From the NCBI GenBank assembly GCA_947632435.1, contig CANRPC010000006.1, forward strand, positions 4,923 through 68,922: 64,000 nucleotides of DNA. The letters run 5' to 3'. Origin of the DNA: an uncultured Bacilli bacterium. Its GTDB lineage: Bacteria; Bacillota_I; Bacilli_A; RFN20; CAG-449. The notes below the pieces were generated by a model that was given only the letters and a program-made list of their open reading frames with translations, made no database searches and was not told the DNA's origin. Position numbers and translations under genes: made by a program. Shown here in pieces: positions 1 through 8,243 of this stretch (position 1 is the first letter of the stretch; every line of letters starts with the position of its first letter).

Positions 1-890
1 AGATTTCCTTCAGAAGTATTTAATGAATAATCTATATTTTGCTTAGATAAATAATTTTTCAAAAGCTTAATTTGATTTTGTGTATTCATTCCATCAACCA
101 TTGGATCATCACCAATTTCATCTTTACCTATTTTACATAGATAATCATGAAAATCTTGCTTTTGGTTTGGATGATCGTCTGCACCAGGAGATTGAGTAAA
201 ATCTTTGATTGAAAAAATATCATTAGTCATTTGTCTTGAAATTACATCATAATTTTCAGGGATGATGAGATCAGTATAAAATGTATCATAATAACTTAAT
301 AGAATCTCCATTGATACAATTGTACATGTTCCAACATGATTCCATGCATGATGGTCATTAAGTTTTTCAAAGTAAAAAGCATTAGGTATTACAACTGCAT
401 CATTTGCAATTTCAATTTCTCTATAATATTCACCTGCTTTAGCTTCTAAATTACTATAACAACTAATCATTTTTGTGAAATCAATTTTATTTGAAGTTGA
501 GGAATCAACAAAAGAATCATTATAATATGTTACATATCTAAATCCAAAATTTTCTGTTGAATATACTTTAAAATTATTTTCATACTTTTCGTATGGACTA
601 TCATCAGTAAAAGAATATTCCTTTATTTCCATTTCTTTTTTATCATAAATCAAATATCCTTCGTCTAAATTAACTTCTAAATATCGATTTTCACCAGATA
701 AAGTGTATAAATCGCTGATATATTCTATACAATTTAACTCATCACAATTTTGATAAGATATATTATTTTTTTCACAAATAAAAGTTGCGATGTTATTTAA
801 ATCAGAAGATCGAGTTTCATAATTTATTCCAGATGCAAAACCAGTAATTGCTGATAAGGCGTTAAGACCAAGTATAATAGCATTTAGCAT
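1..890 (-). CDS. Secreted hypothetical protein, 5'-partial at the window edge. N-terminal signal peptide (MLNAIILGLNALSAITGFASG), Cys-rich, with a DHHAWNHVGTCT motif.
   Basis: Hand translation of the minus strand from ATG at 890 (RBS GGAGGG upstream at 897-902) runs open to the window edge. It is absent from the ORF track because it is truncated. Co-oriented with the mobile-element operon. Confidence 0.5.
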   Translation of the reverse strand, partial: MLNAIILGLNALSAITGFASGINYETRSSDLNNIATFICEKNNISYQNCDELNCIEYISDLYTLSGENRYLEVNLDEGYLIYDKKEMEIKEYSFTDDSPYEKYENNFKVYSTENFGFRYVTYYNDSFVDSSTSNKIDFTKMISCYSNLEAKAGEYYREIEIANDAVVIPNAFYFEKLNDHHAWNHVGTCTIVSMEILLSYYDTFYTDLIIPENYDVISRQMTNDIFSIKDFTQSPGADDHPNQKQDFHDYLCKIGKDEIGDDPMVDGMNTQNQIKLLKNYLSKQNIDYSLNTSEGN

Positions 891-905
891 AAGTTTCCCT
901 CCTAT

Positions 906-1502
906 TTAAAGTGCATAAGCACAAGCAAATATAATTGATATAATAATTAAAAATATGTTAAGTATAAAAATAATAGTTGCACTAACAAACAAATAATATT
1001 TTGCCTTCATTTGCTTAATAAATCGCCATAGTGCAAATAACAATATATCAATAATACACATAATAAACGTGATTATTGCTATCGGATTTCCATTTTTGGA
1101 GCAAGAATAAATAATGCTCCAAGTATAAAATTCTTTTAACGGATGATCCATACCAGTTGGTATTGGATAAACATAATTAAATCCTTTCAGGAATGGAATA
1201 AGAGAAGTAATCAAAAACAAAAAGCAAATTATAACACCTGTTATAGAAACAATTATATGAATGAGTTTTATAGATTTTAATGTGTCTAAAGATATTTGCA
1301 CGTTCTCATCGTTATCTACTAAATCTGACAATTTGACATTAAAATATACTGCTATTTTTTCTGCAACTTCCTTAGTTGGATAAACAAATCCTCTTTCATA
1401 TTTTGCAATCATCGAACGAGAAACATAAATTGCATCAGCTAATTCGCTTTGAGTAATTTTTTTATCATTTCTGAGTTTTTTTAATTTGTCTGAAAAATTC
1501 AT
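906..1502 (-). CDS. Membrane-tethered XRE-family HTH transcriptional regulator. N-terminal Cro/C1-type HTH with about 4 C-terminal transmembrane helices.
   Basis: ORF 906..1511. The start was refined to ATG at 1502 (MNFSDKL), which has a GGGGTGGT RBS. HTH motif KKITQSELADAIYVSRSMIAKYERG. Hydrophobic C-terminal half. Confidence 0.7.
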   Translation of the reverse strand: MNFSDKLKKLRNDKKITQSELADAIYVSRSMIAKYERGFVYPTKEVAEKIAVYFNVKLSDLVDNDENVQISLDTLKSIKLIHIIVSITGVIICFLFLITSLIPFLKGFNYVYPIPTGMDHPLKEFYTWSIIYSCSKNGNPIAIITFIMCIIDILLFALWRFIKQMKAKYYLFVSATIIFILNIFLIIISIIFACAYAL

Positions 1503-1742
1503 AATTACCACCCCGTTTTCTTACTTTACTTATACATTCAAATTAATAAAAAAGTAAAGTTCTTTTTTTGTGAACATTGTTCTTTTTTTATGAACATTCA
1601 AAATTACATTCCAATTATATAAATCTCTTTTTTCAATATCATTCTAATTTTATCATATAAATGGACACTTTTTTAGGAAAAGCTATAAATTTTCTTGCAA
1701 AATAAATCTCTCAATGACTTATTTTATATTTTTTTAGCAATT

Positions 1743-2174
1743 TTATTTGCATTGTTTCCACTTCTTTTCTATATTCATCAATTTTTGAGACACTGCTTGC
1801 TGTGATATTTTCATTATATTAGCGGTTTCTCTCTGATTCATTTCTTTAAAATAGTAAAGTTTGAAACAAAAGTTCTCTTTATCAGTCAATGAATGAAGAA
1901 AAGAATCTAAAATTGATTTTCTTTCTTCTATGGCTATTAATTTTCTTTCAATTTTATCTTTTCGATCAAGAAGAATCATCATTCTATCAGGTTTAACATT
2001 CGTGCTTCCGCCAATACGATCATAAACAGGACCAGACACAGTAAAGAAAAGATGATTTACCCACTCTAAATCTTCTTCAAGTTTTTTCTTACGAAATTTA
2101 TCCTGCTTTACCATTCTTACGAAGTCCATTAAGGAGTTCTTGCATTGACTCGTTCCAGCGTTCCATTCTTTCAT
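1743..2174 (-). CDS. ArpU/RinA-like phage transcriptional regulator with a sigma-70 region-4-like C-terminus.
   Basis: 143 aa. C-terminal HTH RETANIMKISQQAVSQKLMNIEKKW. Strong RBS GGAGGGA 5 nt upstream of ATG at 2174. Overlaps the 3' end of the upstream rep-like gene by 76 bp. Confidence 0.5.
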   Translation of the reverse strand: MKEWNAGTSQCKNSLMDFVRMVKQDKFRKKKLEEDLEWVNHLFFTVSGPVYDRIGGSTNVKPDRMMILLDRKDKIERKLIAIEERKSILDSFLHSLTDKENFCFKLYYFKEMNQRETANIMKISQQAVSQKLMNIEKKWKQCK

Positions 2175-3048
2175 CGTATCCCTCCATATGGCTTAAGTTG
2201 TTTTCAAAAGCACACCTAAAAAAATCATATATGTTCCAAATCTTATCTTTGTTTTTTCCAACATAGTCCCTAGTATAGCGAAAACACTTCTGTACGAGTT
2301 TCCAATCATATGCTTTACAAGCACTATCAAAAAGATCATTGAATCGCTCAATATCAATGTCGTAAATATCTATGATGTGATCACTTATTAAGCATCTTGT
2401 GTAATACGAAAGATAACGAGGAAATGCCGTTATATCATATTTATCCTTTTTATCTTCTTTTCCTTTTACTTTAACTTTCCCTTTTACTTTAGGAATTTTT
2501 GCTGACATTAACTCGGTTTCTGTTAACATTAATTCGTTTTTTGTTTGCAATAATTCCTCTTGAACGGAATTATTGTCAACATTTATTCCATTGAGTGATT
2601 TTTCACTTTTGTTGTCTGAACCATAATTTTTTATTACAGAAGATTCATCATCTGTGGTCAAAATCCAATATGGATGATCCTTTTGCTTTCTTCTTTGTGT
2701 TGAAGCTAAGAATTGCTTTTGTATCCCTTTTGAAGTAATTATTTCATTTGAAAGCATACTAGAATCAATTAAATCTAACTTAACAAATAGATCCAGTATT
2801 TTTCTTACATAGGAAACATCCTTATCGCTTTCTTTGAACCTGATTTCATAATAAATTGAATATGCAAGTCTATCCAAAGAACCTTCAATATAATAACCAT
2901 TACTTGAATAAGTCATTGTTAAAAGCATAAGGTATACTAAAGGACCATCTGGTCCAAATTCAACAGATAGTCTTCTTATCTTAGGATCAGCAAAAAACCT
3001 AACATCCAAAGGAAAGTAATCAAGCCCATCTTTCAATCTTCTAGGCAT
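2098..3048 (-). CDS. Phage replication initiation / replisome organizer-like protein (Lin1244/DUF4373-type N-terminal domain).
   Basis: The ORF is called 2098..3129, but the likely start is MPRRLKDGLDYFPLDVRFF at 3048, which has an AAAGGAG RBS. The GLDYFPLDV N-terminus is typical of the DUF4373 phage replication family. The assignment rests on pattern memory. Confidence 0.5.
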   Translation of the reverse strand: MPRRLKDGLDYFPLDVRFFADPKIRRLSVEFGPDGPLVYLMLLTMTYSSNGYYIEGSLDRLAYSIYYEIRFKESDKDVSYVRKILDLFVKLDLIDSSMLSNEIITSKGIQKQFLASTQRRKQKDHPYWILTTDDESSVIKNYGSDNKSEKSLNGINVDNNSVQEELLQTKNELMLTETELMSAKIPKVKGKVKVKGKEDKKDKYDITAFPRYLSYYTRCLISDHIIDIYDIDIERFNDLFDSACKAYDWKLVQKCFRYTRDYVGKNKDKIWNIYDFFRCAFENNLSHMEGYDERMERWNESMQELLNGLRKNGKAG

Positions 3049-3161
3049 GGTATTTTTGCTCCTTTCTGCAAGTGATAAAAATCTGCACAAAATGACAGGA
3101 ATAAGCATAAATTCTCTTAGACCTGCCACTTTTGTACATATTTAAACCGAAATCACTAACA

Positions 3162-3368
3162 TTATTTCTTATTCGGTTTATTCTTGTTTTCGCTTCTTTG
3201 GATAAACTCCTCTAGCATTTCTTTTGATACTCTTTTTGCTTTACCAACAGTGTAATATCTAAGCTCACCTTTATTCATCATATCCATTACTTTTCTTTTG
3301 GAAACTCCCCAGAGTTCCGCTAGTTCACTAACGGTATAACAGATCTTCCCATCTGATGTTTGTGCCAT
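3162..3368 (-). CDS. xis: Excisionase-like small HTH DNA-binding protein.
   Basis: 68 aa. Motif YTVSELAELWGVSKRKVMDMMNKGEL matches the excisionase/MerR-type HTH. Strong RBS GGAAGGAGG. Lies adjacent to the integrase operon. Confidence 0.6.
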   Translation of the reverse strand: MAQTSDGKICYTVSELAELWGVSKRKVMDMMNKGELRYYTVGKAKRVSKEMLEEFIQRSENKNKPNKK

Positions 3369-4136
3369 CTAATCTTCCTCCTTCCTACCTGCATAATCTT
3401 CTAATATTTTTCTTATATGATTAATTCCCTTTTTATAGCAGAATGTTCTTCGATGCGTAACCAGTCCACCACTTTTATCTGTATAAGAATGGTTATCAAC
3501 TCTAAACCATCCTTTATCTTGATATTCTTGAAATGGAAAATTATCATCAGTAAAAATAAGTTGTGCTCTTAAAATCGCTAGGAGTTCGGCAATACCGACA
3601 CCCTTCATATTAATCACTGCAGGAACATCATAAAGATCAACAAGCGTTCCAGAATCTAAGGCTCTTTTAACATAGATTTTGACTTCTCTTGTTTCTTCTT
3701 GTTGACGTTCTAAAATTGCAAGTTTAACTTTGAGTTCATTGTAATTATCTAAAAACGACACTGCTGATTCAGTATTAGTGGTTATCATCTGAACATCATA
3801 TTTCCCATATCTTCTAATCTTTGGAAGTATGTCTTCAGTAACCCAGTCCATAAACTGCACTGCCGATTCTTTCCTAGATTGAAAAATTAACTTATATAAG
3901 TTCCCTTCTGTGATATAAAGGTAGTTTTGATTTCCACCATTTGATTGCCTAGTAAGTTTAACTACACCATCAGATCTTAGTCTTGATTTTGCATCAGAGA
4001 CATTTTTAATTTCTAAAATATTACACACATCTTTAAGGCAAAATACTGGACGTCCAAATTCATCGATACTAGTTCTTATTGTGCCAATTGAGTCACGCTC
4101 AAAAAGCGATACATTGTTTAGTTGTTCTTTTTCCAT
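3369..4136 (-). CDS. Phage antirepressor with a Bro-N N-terminal domain and a KilA-C/ANT-like C-terminal domain.
   Basis: 255 aa. N-terminus FERDSIGTIRT..DEFGRPVFCLKDVCNILE...GNLYKLIFQSRKESAVQFMDWVTEDILPKIRRYGKY is a classic Bro-N pattern. The C-terminus contains AELLAILRAQLIF. RBS GAAAGGA. Confidence 0.65.
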   Translation of the reverse strand: MEKEQLNNVSLFERDSIGTIRTSIDEFGRPVFCLKDVCNILEIKNVSDAKSRLRSDGVVKLTRQSNGGNQNYLYITEGNLYKLIFQSRKESAVQFMDWVTEDILPKIRRYGKYDVQMITTNTESAVSFLDNYNELKVKLAILERQQEETREVKIYVKRALDSGTLVDLYDVPAVINMKGVGIAELLAILRAQLIFTDDNFPFQEYQDKGWFRVDNHSYTDKSGGLVTHRRTFCYKKGINHIRKILEDYAGRKEED

Positions 4137-4180
4137 AATTGTCCTTTCGTATAGCGATATAAAACCATGATAAAAAAACG

Positions 4181-5098
4181 CTAATTCTTTTTTAAAATTG
4201 CATCTGCAACAATTAGTTCAGTATTATTGGTTTCTCTTTCAATATGATGAGAATAAATCATAGTTGTATTTATTGATTTATGTCTTAAAACCATCTGAAC
4301 TTCACTTTCTTTTGCTCCATTTTTTAAAGCTAGTGTTGCACAAGTATGCCTTAGACTATGAGCTGTGTACTCCTTACCATCAAGTCCAATCGAACTTAAT
4401 AAATCTTTGCAAAAATAAGAGATCGTTTTTGGTTCAATTCTTTCTCCACCATTATGATTTCCATGGTTAATGAAAAGTGCATCAGAATCACTTTCTCTTT
4501 TCATTAAGTATTCAGTAATTAATCCCATAACAAAGCTAGGTAATTTAATTTGAGCATCTTTTCCTTCATGACCTTTTCCCTGAATTAGTAAAATGGCTTG
4601 CTCTCCATCATCAATAATGTCTTCGACATTTGCTCTAGAAACCTCAATAGTTCTTAAACCTGTCATAACTATAAGAGTTATAATTACATAATTTCTAAAA
4701 TTTACAATTGATTTTTTTGATCTAATTTTTGCTTTATGAAGTAACTTTTTAGTCTGTTCAATTGTCAGAGCTTTTCTTTGAAATGTTGGATTTATTTTTT
4801 CACACTGTAATGCCAAAGCAATATTATCATCATAATAATGATGACGTTGACACCACGAATAGAACCTGCGTAGGACCACTATATATTTCTGGATAGTTGC
4901 ACTTTTCACACGTTTCTTAAGATATTTATTTTTATAATTTACAATGTCAATTTCAGTTGGTTTAGTTATATTATTAGCACGTAAATATCTAGCATATCTA
5001 TCAAGAATCCCTGCATAAGAAATCTTTGTATTATCCATTTTATCAAGAGTAGCATTAAACTCTTTTATTAGATCTTCCACTGTTCTTTCTTGTGACAT
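4181..5098 (-). CDS. int: Tyrosine-type site-specific integrase.
   Basis: C-terminal catalytic signature HSLRHTCATLALKNGAKESEVQMVLRHKSINTTMIYSHH (R..H..R..Y). The ORF track gives 4181..5110 with a GTG start. ATG at 5098 (MSQERT) has an AAAGGTGG RBS and is the more likely start. Confidence 0.85.
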   Translation of the reverse strand: MSQERTVEDLIKEFNATLDKMDNTKISYAGILDRYARYLRANNITKPTEIDIVNYKNKYLKKRVKSATIQKYIVVLRRFYSWCQRHHYYDDNIALALQCEKINPTFQRKALTIEQTKKLLHKAKIRSKKSIVNFRNYVIITLIVMTGLRTIEVSRANVEDIIDDGEQAILLIQGKGHEGKDAQIKLPSFVMGLITEYLMKRESDSDALFINHGNHNGGERIEPKTISYFCKDLLSSIGLDGKEYTAHSLRHTCATLALKNGAKESEVQMVLRHKSINTTMIYSHHIERETNNTELIVADAILKKN

Positions 5099-5103
5099 CT
5101 TTT

Positions 5104-5382
5104 TTACCACCTTTCTTTATGATTAAGCTCTCGGATTTTTTCTAGATACTTTGCTTCTTCATCAACAATGTAAACCACATCAATGTTAAACACCTGTGCA
5201 AGAGCCTTTAGTCTAAGAGCATTCATTAAATGACCTTTTGTACCATTCTCAATTTTTCCATATTCGAATTGAGGGTATCCTAGTCGCTTAGCTACTTCAT
5301 ATTGAGATAAGTTTCTTTCTATCCTCAAATTGAAAAGATAGTCTCTGCTTTTTACGATGTTTCCGTTATTCATCCGTCCCAT
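5104..5382 (-). CDS. Cro/CI-type HTH (XRE family) regulator. It is the first gene of the leftward int operon.
   Basis: HTH LSQYEVAKRLGYPQFEYGKIENG. The ORF track extends to 5400 with a GTG start. ATG at 5382 is preceded by AAGGGAGGT. Transcribed divergently from the 190-aa XRE gene. Confidence 0.7.
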   Translation of the reverse strand: MGRMNNGNIVKSRDYLFNLRIERNLSQYEVAKRLGYPQFEYGKIENGTKGHLMNALRLKALAQVFNIDVVYIVDEEAKYLEKIRELNHKERW

Positions 5383-5523
5383 CGGTATACCTCCCTTCAC
5401 ATTTGACTAAAATTCGTGGAATTGTTTGTCTAATGTATGGAAATTTTACCGCTAATTGTCAAAATAAATAATTTACTCGAAGTAATATCTTTTAATTATT
5501 TTGCATTTTGTCAAATTTCAAAG

Positions 5524-5552
5524 TTGAATAAAAACTATGTTTTTGTTATAAT
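5524..5552 (+). promoter_or_regulatory. Sigma-A-type promoter for the rightward repressor-like gene. TTGAAT -35 at 5524-5529, a 17-bp spacer, and an extended -10 TGTTATAAT at 5544-5552.
   Basis: Read directly from the sequence. RBS AGGTGA at 5566-5571. TTGTCAAA is repeated twice in the 5401-5576 intergenic region (around 5455 and 5507), as would be expected for operators. Confidence 0.5.
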
Positions 5553-5576
5553 TCAAAACTGAAATGAGGTGAAAAA

Positions 5577-6149
5577 ATGCAAGACGAAGAATTTATAAAA
5601 TTAGTTTCAAAAAGACTTGTTTACTTAAGAAAAAAACATGATCTAAGTGCCGTTGAAGTTGCAAAAGCAATAGGAAAAAGCGTAGATGCTTATTACAGCT
5701 ACGAGGCAGGTAGAAGGATGATTTCTGCAGATGCTTTGTATAATTTATCAAATCTATATGACATGTCTATTGATGACATTGTTGATAACGAAGTAACATA
5801 TAAACGAGAAAAATCAGTCAGTTTTGAAGTTGTAAATTCGGATAGTAAAATACAAATTTCCTCCGAGAATAATGAAATTATTTTTTTTAAATTAGATGAT
5901 TTCACCTATGAATACTATTTAAAAACAAATACCATTACGCTTGACAGAAAAATCCTTTTAAAGAAAGACGATGTCTTCTTCTCAGGTAAAGTTACATATA
6001 ACGAAAAAATGAAAGTTTACTCTATTTACAATTACTTAGATGATAGAAATGAAATCTGCACTAAAGCACATTTCTTGAAACATTATCTTACTTATGGAAT
6101 TTATGCTGGAAGAATTAATAAAAACATAGATATTCCAAATTTCTTATAA
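5577..6149 (+). CDS. XRE-family HTH protein resembling a CI-like repressor, with a C-terminal extension.
   Basis: N-terminal HTH LSAVEVAKAIGKSVDAYYSYEAGRR. Transcribed divergently from the Cro-like-int operon across a 176-bp promoter region. Confidence 0.7.
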   Translation: MQDEEFIKLVSKRLVYLRKKHDLSAVEVAKAIGKSVDAYYSYEAGRRMISADALYNLSNLYDMSIDDIVDNEVTYKREKSVSFEVVNSDSKIQISSENNEIIFFKLDDFTYEYYLKTNTITLDRKILLKKDDVFFSGKVTYNEKMKVYSIYNYLDDRNEICTKAHFLKHYLTYGIYAGRINKNIDIPNFL

Positions 6150-6259
6150 AATATTACTTTGAGTTTCTTATTTGTTTTAAAAAAATGGTTTAGACTGACA
6201 ATGGTTTAGTTATATTGTTCGGTCGTACTAGTTTATCCTATATGCCCTACAAATCTTTG

Positions 6260-6292
6260 AAGCACCATTCACGTTGGAAAGGTGCTTTTTTC
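6260..6292 (+). terminator. Rho-independent terminator: hairpin AAGCACC...GGTGCTT followed by a T-run.
   Basis: A stem of 7 bp with a T6 tail, read from the sequence. Confidence 0.5.
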
Positions 6293-6539
6293 TATGCAAA
6301 ATAATACTTTAAAAAATGATAATATATCTTTTTCACCTGAATGGGAATATTGCAAACAAGTAATTGATGAACTAAGAGCAAACAAAATCATAACATCAGA
6401 TGAATGGTATAAATTAATAATTTCATTTAGAAGCATATTTCATCTCCCTATCGCAAAATAGGTATTATTTCAGTTCAAAAATTACTTGATATAAGTGTGC
6501 TTTAGAGTGATTTATATGTGCGAAAGGAGGATTAATTTA

Positions 6540-8243
6540 ATGGAGTTAACAACAAAAAAAATAACTATAATTCCCAAGAAAGAACAAATAAAAGTTGATG
6601 AAACGACGGGTATTAAAATCAAAAAGAAAGTATGTGCTTATGCTCGTGTTTCTACAAATTTAGAAGACCAAAAGAATAGTTTTAATGCTCAGCTTGAGGA
6701 ATATTCAAGCAGAATAAAGAGAAATCCTGAATGGGAATTTGTAGGACTATATTCTGATGAAGGAATATCAGGAACATCCATAAAGAAAAGAAAAGGGTTC
6801 CAGAAAATGATTGAGGATGCTCTAGAAGGAAAAATCGATATAATTCTAGTAAAATCAATCTCAAGATTCGCTAGAAATACTATCGATTGCCTAAGTGTAC
6901 TTAGAAAACTTAGAGATAAAGGAATCATTGTCCAGTTTGAAAAAGAGCAAATTAACACACTTGATCCAAAACTTGAGATGATGATTACAATTTTTGCATC
7001 AATGGCTCAGGAAGAATCAAAATCGATTAGTGAAAATGTTAAATGGGGCGTTCGAAGTCGAATGAAACGAGGTGCAAGAAAAATTAGTTTTTCTACCATT
7101 CTTGGATATGACACAGATACAAATGGCAATGTAGTAATTATCGATGATGAAGCAAAAATTGTAAAAGAAATTTTTACTCTATTCTGCTCTGGATACTCAT
7201 ATAGAGAAATAATTGATTATTTGACTGAGAAAGGTCAAAAAACTGGAACAGGTAAAGATTATTGGAATGTTGGTGATATTCAAAGAATATTATCAAATGA
7301 AAAATACTGTGGTGATGTTTTATTGCAAAAAACTGTCGTAGTTGATTTTCTAACTCACAAAGTTATAAAAAACAATGGAATAGAACCACAAGTTTATATC
7401 GAGGGACATCATCCACCTATTATCGATAAAGAGATGTTCGATTTTGCTAAAACAATTAGAGAACATAAGTATAAAATGATAGACCACACATCAAGAAAAA
7501 ATATTAATCCTTTAGCTGGTATTGTATATTGCTCTTGTTGCGGAAGAAAGCTTGATTCGATAACTACTCATCCTGGAAAGTCATATGCAAAAAAAGTTAT
7601 GACTTGTAAGCACATGAAAAAAGAAGCTGTAGATTTTTTAGAATGTAACCTCCCACCTATAGATTACGAATTATCAAAGGAAGCACTAAGACAAGTTTTG
7701 AATAAATACTACACTTCTGCTCCAGTTTACAAAAGATTATTTATGAACACTTTTAAAAAAGCGTTACCTAATTTCAGAGAAATTAAGTTATCTATAAATG
7801 ATATTAACTCAACTATAATTCAACTCGAATCTAAGCTTAAAGAAATCATCAAAAAACAAGCATTATCTCCATGTAAAGAAAATGAGATAGAATTTCAAAC
7901 TATAAAACAATTGTTAACTAAAGAAAAAGAAAAATTAGAAAACTTGGAAACTTCTGAAGTTAAAAAAGTAAATGATTTAAGGACATATGATGAAATAGAA
8001 AACTTTATCGAAAATGGAATTATACTTCCAAAACAACTTATAGCTCAAGTTATCAAATTTATTATAAGAAACAATGATAATTCATTAACTTTTGTTTTAG
8101 GAAACAAGGCCTCTTGTTCCATTTCAAAAGCTCAAATTGATGAATATCTTTCATTAACTCCTGTTGATTCAGGATCGGTTGAAATTGATGGAAAAGTTAT
8201 GGAGTATAAAGTAATTAATGCAGGAGGTGATACAAATGATTAA
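6540..8243 (+). CDS. Large serine recombinase with an N-terminal resolvase/invertase catalytic domain, a recombinase domain and a zinc ribbon.
   Basis: YARVSTNLEDQ catalytic-Ser motif, DIILVKSISRFARN, and Cys pairs CSCCGRK...TCKHMK. The start was refined to ATG 6540 (MELTTKK), which has an AAAGGAGG RBS. The ORF track begins at 6495. Confidence 0.85.
   Translation: MELTTKKITIIPKKEQIKVDETTGIKIKKKVCAYARVSTNLEDQKNSFNAQLEEYSSRIKRNPEWEFVGLYSDEGISGTSIKKRKGFQKMIEDALEGKIDIILVKSISRFARNTIDCLSVLRKLRDKGIIVQFEKEQINTLDPKLEMMITIFASMAQEESKSISENVKWGVRSRMKRGARKISFSTILGYDTDTNGNVVIIDDEAKIVKEIFTLFCSGYSYREIIDYLTEKGQKTGTGKDYWNVGDIQRILSNEKYCGDVLLQKTVVVDFLTHKVIKNNGIEPQVYIEGHHPPIIDKEMFDFAKTIREHKYKMIDHTSRKNINPLAGIVYCSCCGRKLDSITTHPGKSYAKKVMTCKHMKKEAVDFLECNLPPIDYELSKEALRQVLNKYYTSAPVYKRLFMNTFKKALPNFREIKLSINDINSTIIQLESKLKEIIKKQALSPCKENEIEFQTIKQLLTKEKEKLENLETSEVKKVNDLRTYDEIENFIENGIILPKQLIAQVIKFIIRNNDNSLTFVLGNKASCSISKAQIDEYLSLTPVDSGSVEIDGKVMEYKVINAGGDTND

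Noticed and set aside
4264-4470. 68-aa plus-strand ORF inside the integrase gene. The same applies to 5699..5905 inside the CI-like gene, to 6682..6864 and 6689..6958 inside recombinase 1, and to 8352..8552 and 9300..9536 inside recombinase 2.
   Set aside because: Antisense ORFs embedded in strongly supported genes. They have AT-rich, low-complexity (F/L/I/S-rich) translations and no RBS.
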